Translations under genes and position numbers: made by a program
Shown here: piece after piece, positions 58,860 to 64,000 of the stretch
Position numbering within the stretch: position 1 is the stretch's first letter
Layout: each line of letters opens with the position of its first letter
The notes under the pieces: generated by a model
Told to the model about the DNA's origin: nothing
Database searches by the model: none
Seen by the model: the letters and a program-made list of their open reading frames with translations, nothing else
IMG/VR virus record: IMGVR_UViG_3300009155_000040
Coordinates: 75,072 to 139,071 of that record
DNA length: 64,000 nucleotides
Direction: 5' to 3' (one strand)
Origin: a virus

Positions 58860-60755
58860 ATGGACGCAAGAAACAACATAGCCAACGATTTATTTTACAA
58901 AGTACGCAGTAGATTCAGCGGCTTAAAATTAGGCAACGAAACTGGACAGATTACCATCAATCCAGACGAAGCTCGCTTTTTTGATTTTGATTATATGGAA
59001 GGTGAAAACCCAATCGGGCATGTTAGCATTAGTCTAGCAGAGCCAAATTCCATGAAAGTCTACTTTAGCCACGGAATTACTGAGGGCATGGATGACGGAC
59101 AAAAAGACAATTGGTATGGTTTTTTAAGAGAATTAAGAAGTTTTGCAAAACGCAGACTGCTAAATTTCGACACACGCGATATCGCCAAAGACAATTTGGA
59201 TCAACGTGATTATGCATTTTTAAGTCAAAATGCTCAACCAAAACCTACACAGTCGAATACAATACAAACACCTGTTGGAGAAAGCATTATGAGTGAAAGC
59301 GCAATGTACGGCACAAAGACCGTAAGCTATCAAAAATTAGAAGATACTAGGTTGATTATTAAACATAGTCAGGCCCTAGCAGACGATATGGCTCCTGGAG
59401 CAAGATCTAGAAACATATCAGGTCTATTCGTTGAAAATGCAGACGGGGAACGTTTTAAATATCCTTTCATTCACTTGGCAGGCGCCCGTGCAATGCAACG
59501 TCACGTGGCCAACGGTGGAAAACCATACGATGAAATTGGCGAAAGCATTATACAAATGAGTGAAGAAATCGCTCAATTAAAGAGTTTCGGCAACTATGTT
59601 GTACGCAACGATCTAATGAACTCGGACACAAATGAAGTTGTTGAGCGTTCAGGCGAACAACTAAATCGTTTACGTGAGCAGGTTAAGGCATTGGCAAAAC
59701 AAAGTCACTACGCAGCCTACAAAGAAAGCTTCCAGGCACAACAACCATTAGAAATACCACAAGACGTTGTAGAAGATTTTACAGAAAAGTTTACAGTACG
59801 CAATTTTAAAGAAGATATCAAATCAGTATTTCCTGTGTTATACAGACTAATGAAAGAAGGCAATACCATAGGCTATGACGACATAGTCGCTATGACCACT
59901 ACCGAAGATTACGATGATGCTGAAATTTCAGAATATAGTAATGATTTTGATAAATTTGAATCATGGGTAATGAACCTAGGCGAAGAATCAGGAATTACCA
60001 GCGAAGATCCTGAACAGCAACAGGCTTCAATAGATCAATTACAACAGTTAGTTGGACAACATTTTCCAGCAGGCGTTGACGGCAGCAATGCTATCGAAAG
60101 CCTAAAGGGTATCATAGAAGATCCAGAACTGTTTAAAAGAATTAAAGCACAAGCATCAGAAGATCCAGATAGCTGTGTAAGAGGACTGGTTAAAGATTGG
60201 TTAGAGCTAAATGCTCCAGAAGCACTTGAGTCTTTAGACTTTGGTGATTACGTTGACGATCAAGATATGGATGGACAATCAGATGTTGATCAAGGAGAAC
60301 CAAGTCAAGAAGAACCAGCAGCTCCACCAGAAGAAGTTCCACAAGAAGCAAGTGATACCAATCATCCCGAGTACGACAAGCAAGACGATTATGAGTTATC
60401 ACCAGCACAACGTGGAAAAGGCACAGACAAGTATCGTTTACCAGATACTAAAAAACACGATGATAGACATGCACGTGATTTCCGCAAGCGTTCAGGCCAA
60501 GAAGAATCTATGAATGTACAAGAACTTGCCGAATTTATCCACAGTTTCTATGATAAAGAAACAGGCACATTTCCTAAAGGCCCAGAAGGCGTTGCAGTTA
60601 TGGTAGGCAAGAAATACGGCGAGCAAGCAGAACACGTTGCTCGTAAAATGGTTGAAAGAATGGCTCCTCAACAAAGTTCAAATCAAAATCCAGAATTAGC
60701 AGAACTAGCACGTATTAAAGAACTATCAGGCATTAGCCAAGGCATTAGAATGTAA
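58860..60755 (+). CDS. Large hypothetical, probably head-associated protein (631 aa)
   Basis: ATG at 58860 lies 5 nt after TAAATA. Acidic C-terminal half ends ELARIKELSGI, like the gp22 terminus. Confidence 0.65.
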   Translation: MDARNNIANDLFYKVRSRFSGLKLGNETGQITINPDEARFFDFDYMEGENPIGHVSISLAEPNSMKVYFSHGITEGMDDGQKDNWYGFLRELRSFAKRRLLNFDTRDIAKDNLDQRDYAFLSQNAQPKPTQSNTIQTPVGESIMSESAMYGTKTVSYQKLEDTRLIIKHSQALADDMAPGARSRNISGLFVENADGERFKYPFIHLAGARAMQRHVANGGKPYDEIGESIIQMSEEIAQLKSFGNYVVRNDLMNSDTNEVVERSGEQLNRLREQVKALAKQSHYAAYKESFQAQQPLEIPQDVVEDFTEKFTVRNFKEDIKSVFPVLYRLMKEGNTIGYDDIVAMTTTEDYDDAEISEYSNDFDKFESWVMNLGEESGITSEDPEQQQASIDQLQQLVGQHFPAGVDGSNAIESLKGIIEDPELFKRIKAQASEDPDSCVRGLVKDWLELNAPEALESLDFGDYVDDQDMDGQSDVDQGEPSQEEPAAPPEEVPQEASDTNHPEYDKQDDYELSPAQRGKGTDKYRLPDTKKHDDRHARDFRKRSGQEESMNVQELAEFIHSFYDKETGTFPKGPEGVAVMVGKKYGEQAEHVARKMVERMAPQQSSNQNPELAELARIKELSGISQGIRM

Positions 60756-60776
60756 TAATTCTACAGAGTAAAATAC

Positions 60777-60800
60777 AAGCACCTTCGGGTGCTTTTATTT
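60777..60800 (+). terminator. Rho-independent terminator with a C(UUCG)G loop
   Basis: AAGCACC-TTCG-GGTGCTT followed by TTATTT. Confidence 0.92.
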
Positions 60801-60879
60801 TGGGCAAATGAAATCAAACTTCTGTGTCAACGTTTAGTCTAACTAAGGCGTTGTATATATATGTTAGGAGAAAAACATT

Positions 60880-61176
60880 ATGAAGAAAGTTCTAGCACTC
60901 GCAGTTGCTGGTCTGATGACGATTTCGACACCAAGCCAGGCAAATCCGAATCACTGGCATCATCATGGTTCTCACAATCGTTACGATTGGGTTGCCCCGC
61001 TTGTGATAGGCGGCGCAGTGGGATATGCACTCACACGTCAACAACAAGTAATAGTACAACAACCTCCAATAGTGTATTATCCTAACCCTCAACCACCTGT
61101 GCCGTATGGTTATCATTATGAGCAAATTCTTGATGCTAACTGTAACTGCTACAGACTGGTACTTGTTTCAAACTAA
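60880..61176 (+). CDS. Small exported Pro/Gln/His-rich protein (98 aa)
   Basis: Sec signal MKKVLALAVAGLMTISTPSQA; second hydrophobic segment WVAPLVIGGAVGYAL; AGGAG SD. Confidence 0.75.
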   Translation: MKKVLALAVAGLMTISTPSQANPNHWHHHGSHNRYDWVAPLVIGGAVGYALTRQQQVIVQQPPIVYYPNPQPPVPYGYHYEQILDANCNCYRLVLVSN

Positions 61177-61192
61177 CCTTAAAGGAAATAAA

Positions 61193-61396
61193 ATGAAAAC
61201 AATCGCAACATTAATCGCAGCAGTGGCATTTGCATCAGTAGCAATCGCAGCAGAACCAGCAAAGGCTCCAGCAGCACCTGCAAAAGCAGAAGTTAAGAAA
61301 GTAGAAGAAGTTAAGAAAGACGCAAAGCCTGCAAAAAGTACTCCTGCCAAGGACGAAAAGGCAGCAGCACCAGCTGCTAAGCCAGCATCTAAGTAA
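61193..61396 (+). CDS. Small exported Ala/Lys/Pro-rich protein (67 aa)
   Basis: Sec signal MKTIATLIAAVAFASVAIA then a low-complexity AKP tail; AAGGA SD. Confidence 0.75.
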   Translation: MKTIATLIAAVAFASVAIAAEPAKAPAAPAKAEVKKVEEVKKDAKPAKSTPAKDEKAAAPAAKPASK

Positions 61397-61397
61397 T

Positions 61398-61589
61398 AGT
61401 GCAGAAGATTCGGATGACGAATATGACAACGAAATTGATTTCTATGTTGCATATCGTCGTCCGGAGATCGTTAAAGTCGGCTATGTTATTGACCTAGACG
61501 ACGATAGCGAGTTACCTACACACATTACAGAGAGACTAGCTCAAATAAGGGCAATGGCACTGGAAAAATACAAAGAAGTCTGGGGTTAA
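61398..61589 (+). CDS. Protein-like ORF lacking a canonical start (frame open from 61305)
   Basis: Encodes SAEDSDDEYDNEIDFYVAYRRPEIVK...ELPTHITERLAQIRAMALEKYKEVWG and fills the gap up to a terminator. Confidence 0.45.
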   Translation, partial: SAEDSDDEYDNEIDFYVAYRRPEIVKVGYVIDLDDDSELPTHITERLAQIRAMALEKYKEVWG

Positions 61590-61606
61590 TTACTCCAGAT
61601 TTTTTT
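61579..61606 (+). terminator. Rho-independent terminator
   Basis: TCTGGGGT-TAATT-ACTCCAGA (1 G-U pair) plus T7. Confidence 0.75.
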
Positions 61607-61640
61607 GGTAAAACAGAATCAAAAAAGTAGTAGATATTCG

Positions 61641-61669
61641 TTGACTTTACTAAATAAAAAGCACATAAT
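61641..61669 (+). promoter_or_regulatory. Composite promoter for gp32: sigma70-type with an embedded late motif
   Basis: TTGACT (61641) - 17 nt - CATAAT (61664), with TAAATA at 61651-61656. Confidence 0.7.
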
Positions 61670-61683
61670 AAAACATGTGCATA

Positions 61684-61722
61684 AGGCATATAAACATTTT
61701 AGGCATAACTTAAGGAGGCATA
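61684..61722 (+). repeat. Three AGGCATA direct repeats in the gp32 leader
   Basis: Copies start at 61684, 61701 and 61716; the last overlaps the AAGGAGG SD. Confidence 0.8.
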
Positions 61723-61726
61723 TAAA

Positions 61727-62719
61727 ATGGCTACATTAGCAGAAATTCGTGCAAAACTTCAAGAAGCACAATCAAAGTCCACAGGACAATCAACAGGCGG
61801 CGGCGACAACGCAATTTACCCACACTGGAATATGCAAGAAGGCAAAGAAGCGACTCTTCGTTTCTTGGAAGATGGCAATTCAGCAAACACATTCTTTTGG
61901 GTAGAACGTGCAATGATCAAATTGCCGTTTGCAGGCATCAAAGGCGAAACCGACTCTCGCCCAGTACAAGTTCAAGTTCCTTGCGTAGAAATGTACAACG
62001 ATGGATCAGTATGTCCAATCTTGTCAGAAGTACGTGGCTGGTTCAAGGACAAGTCATTGGAAGAAATGGGTCGTAAGTATTGGAAGAAACGTTCATACAT
62101 TTTCCAAGGCTTTGTTGTTGAAGATCCTTTAAAGGAAGATAAACAACCTGAGAATCCAATCCGTAGATTTATCATCGGTCCTCAAATCTATCAAATCATT
62201 CGTTCTGCTCTTATGGATCCAGAGTTGGATGAGTTGCCAACACACGCACTCAAAGGCGTAGACTTTAAGATTGCAAAAACATCTAAAGGTGGTTTCGCAG
62301 ATTACTCTACATCAAAGTGGAGCCGTCGTGAACGTGCCTTGACAGATGCTGAACAAGCAGCGGTTGCACAACACGGTTTGTTTAACTTGAGCGATTTCTT
62401 ACCAAAGAAACCAACTGATGTTGAACTTAAAGTTATGAAAGAAATGTTTGAAGCTTCAGTTAATGGCGAAGCCTATGACATGGATCGTTGGGGTCAATAT
62501 TTCAAACCAGCTGGCATGAGCCAGAACACTGGTGATCCTAACAAAACATCATCGGCTAAGATCGCATTGCCAGCAGATGACATCGATCCAGATGACACTC
62601 CTATCGCAGTTACAGCTAGTGCTCCAGCAGCAGAACCAGCAGCCGCACCAGCAGGTGGTGATGGTGCAAGTCGTGCGCAAGACATTCTTGCAAAGATTCG
62701 CGCTCGTCAACAGTCGTAA
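61727..62719 (+). CDS. gp32: Single-stranded DNA-binding protein
   Basis: ATLRFLEDGN, VPCVEMY..G..CPI, YWKKRSYIFQGFVVEDP and GVDFKIAKT..GGFADYSTS motifs. Confidence 0.92.
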   Translation: MATLAEIRAKLQEAQSKSTGQSTGGGDNAIYPHWNMQEGKEATLRFLEDGNSANTFFWVERAMIKLPFAGIKGETDSRPVQVQVPCVEMYNDGSVCPILSEVRGWFKDKSLEEMGRKYWKKRSYIFQGFVVEDPLKEDKQPENPIRRFIIGPQIYQIIRSALMDPELDELPTHALKGVDFKIAKTSKGGFADYSTSKWSRRERALTDAEQAAVAQHGLFNLSDFLPKKPTDVELKVMKEMFEASVNGEAYDMDRWGQYFKPAGMSQNTGDPNKTSSAKIALPADDIDPDDTPIAVTASAPAAEPAAAPAGGDGASRAQDILAKIRARQQS

Positions 62720-62786
62720 TTAAAGCAGCACAGGCCTCTGCAACTTAGTTGTACGCCTGTGTTATCATTATAGGAGAATAATAATA

Positions 62787-63866
62787 ATGGCAAAAGCATT
62801 TGACATTTCTAAATTTAGAAAGTCTATCACAAAATCCATCGAAGGGTTAAGCATTGGATTTAATGATCCTAAAGACTGGGTATCAACAAATAACTTTGCA
62901 TTGAATTATCTTATCAGTGGCGACTTTCACAAAGGTATTCCGTTAGGTAAAGTCACTGTGTTTGCAGGAGAATCCGGTGCAGGTAAATCATTTATCTGTT
63001 CAGGTAATCTTGTTAAGAACGCACAAGCAGCAGGCATCTTTCCAATCTTAATCGATACAGAAAATGCACTTGACAAAGATTGGCTTGAAGCACTAGGTGT
63101 AGATACCAGCGAAGATAAACTAATGAAACTGAACATGGCTATGATCGATGACGTGGCTAAAACTATTGTTGAGTTTGTTGCAGAGTATAAACAAATGCCA
63201 GAAGACACTCGTCCTAAGGTCTTGTTTGTGATTGATTCGCTCGGCATGTTGCTTACTCCAACAGACGTTAATCAATTCGAAGCAGGTGATTTGAAAGGTG
63301 ATATGGGCCGTAAACCCAAAGCACTAACAGCACTTGTTCGTAACTGTGTTAACATGTTTGGTGCTTATAACATTGGTCTAGTAGCAACTAATCACACATA
63401 CGCTTCACAAGATATGTTTGATCCAGATGACAAGATTTCAGGTGGTCAAGGTTTTATCTATGCAAGTTCGATTGTCGTAGCGATGCGTAAATTAAAACTT
63501 AAAGAAGATGAAGACGGTAATAAAATTAGCGAAGTGAAAGGTATTCGTGCCGCTTGTAAGGTTATGAAAACACGCTATGCTAAACCATTTGAAAGTGTAC
63601 AAGTAAAGATTCCTTATGAAACAGGTATGAATCCATATAGTGGACTGGTCGACTTGTTTGAAGCAAAAGGGTTGCTCAAGAAAGAAGGTAACAGTCTTGT
63701 CTACACAACTAGTGATGGTGAAATCATCAAACAGTTCCGCAAGGCATGGGAACGAAATGAAAACCAAGGCTTGGATAAAGCAATGGAAGATATTTCTAAA
63801 CACGGTGAAAAAACCGCTTCAGAGATAACTACTAATGTTGAACCAGACTTGGAGACTGTAGAATGA
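62787..63866 (+). CDS. uvsX: RecA-like recombinase
   Basis: AGESGAGKS Walker A, IDTENA, FVIDSLG, DMGR, TNHTY and ISGG.GFIYASS motifs. Confidence 0.95.
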   Translation: MAKAFDISKFRKSITKSIEGLSIGFNDPKDWVSTNNFALNYLISGDFHKGIPLGKVTVFAGESGAGKSFICSGNLVKNAQAAGIFPILIDTENALDKDWLEALGVDTSEDKLMKLNMAMIDDVAKTIVEFVAEYKQMPEDTRPKVLFVIDSLGMLLTPTDVNQFEAGDLKGDMGRKPKALTALVRNCVNMFGAYNIGLVATNHTYASQDMFDPDDKISGGQGFIYASSIVVAMRKLKLKEDEDGNKISEVKGIRAACKVMKTRYAKPFESVQVKIPYETGMNPYSGLVDLFEAKGLLKKEGNSLVYTTSDGEIIKQFRKAWERNENQGLDKAMEDISKHGEKTASEITTNVEPDLETVE

Positions 63867-64000
63867 AAGAAGATTTAATTGCAGATTTGTGGCATGTTGT
63901 AATAGAACATATCCCAGAGAAACAACGTAAAGATGTTGCTGCTGATTTTGTTAACGCTTTAGTTGACCACGGCATCAAAGACAGCGTTCTCGATGGCTTA
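63863..64000 (+). CDS. Hypothetical protein, 3' truncated
   Basis: ATGA overlap with the uvsX stop; open to the window end (MKEDLIADLWHVVIEHIPEKQRKD...). Confidence 0.65.
   Translation, partial: MKEDLIADLWHVVIEHIPEKQRKDVAADFVNALVDHGIKDSVLDGL

Noticed and set aside
969-63828. Many 60-170 aa antisense or alternate-frame ORFs in the track (e.g. 5326-5829, 13445-13942, 47934-48368, 50138-50548)
   Set aside because: They lie within well-supported genes and lack an SD, promoter or protein-like composition; they are expected shadows of biased codon use.
57262-63866. Inteins or introns in terminase, gp32 or UvsX
   Set aside because: Lengths and motif spacing are ordinary, with no splice-junction or LAGLIDADG motifs.
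1-64000. Stop-codon reassignment (TAG is rare as a stop)
   Set aside because: Long genes are intact under the standard code, with no genes split by in-frame TAG or TGA. TGA and one TAG are used as normal stops.
1-64000. tRNA, rRNA or CRISPR arrays
   Set aside because: Intergenic gaps are short, with no cloverleaf or regularly spaced repeat-spacer pattern visible.

Overview
This window is part of the genome of a large T4-like myovirus, distant from T4 itself, and covers virion morphogenesis running into the start of the replication module. No cellular genes, tRNA, rRNA, CRISPR array, integrase or transposase were seen. Gene order: end of a probable tape-measure gene; portal gp20; a sialyltransferase/Maf-like ORF; acidic core protein; protease gp21; scaffold gp22; major capsid gp23; about 35 kb of tail-appendage genes including three giant (2.1-2.5 kaa) modular fibre-like proteins; an inverted gp14-gp15 cassette divergent from gp13; dNMP kinase; sheath gp18; tube gp19; gp4; terminase gp16 and gp17, separated by three probable head proteins; two small exported proteins; gp32; uvsX. 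The most unusual locus is 28.8-35.9 kb. It holds a tail-fibre adaptor, three tandem glycine-rich-domain adhesin-like paralogues with about 10% Cys, a chaperone-like gene, and then a separately promoted GT9-like glycosyltransferase plus NodU/CmcH carbamoyltransferase operon. This is a candidate virion (or DNA) glyco-carbamoylation system. Regulatory signals visible in the DNA include a TAAATA late promoter placed 4-5 nt before many ATGs (predicted leaderless mRNAs), two long structured late leaders, a sigma70 promoter inside a 21-bp hairpin/terminator, an ECF-like promoter, and a repeated gp32 leader. All product calls come from my reading of motifs; no database searches were run.
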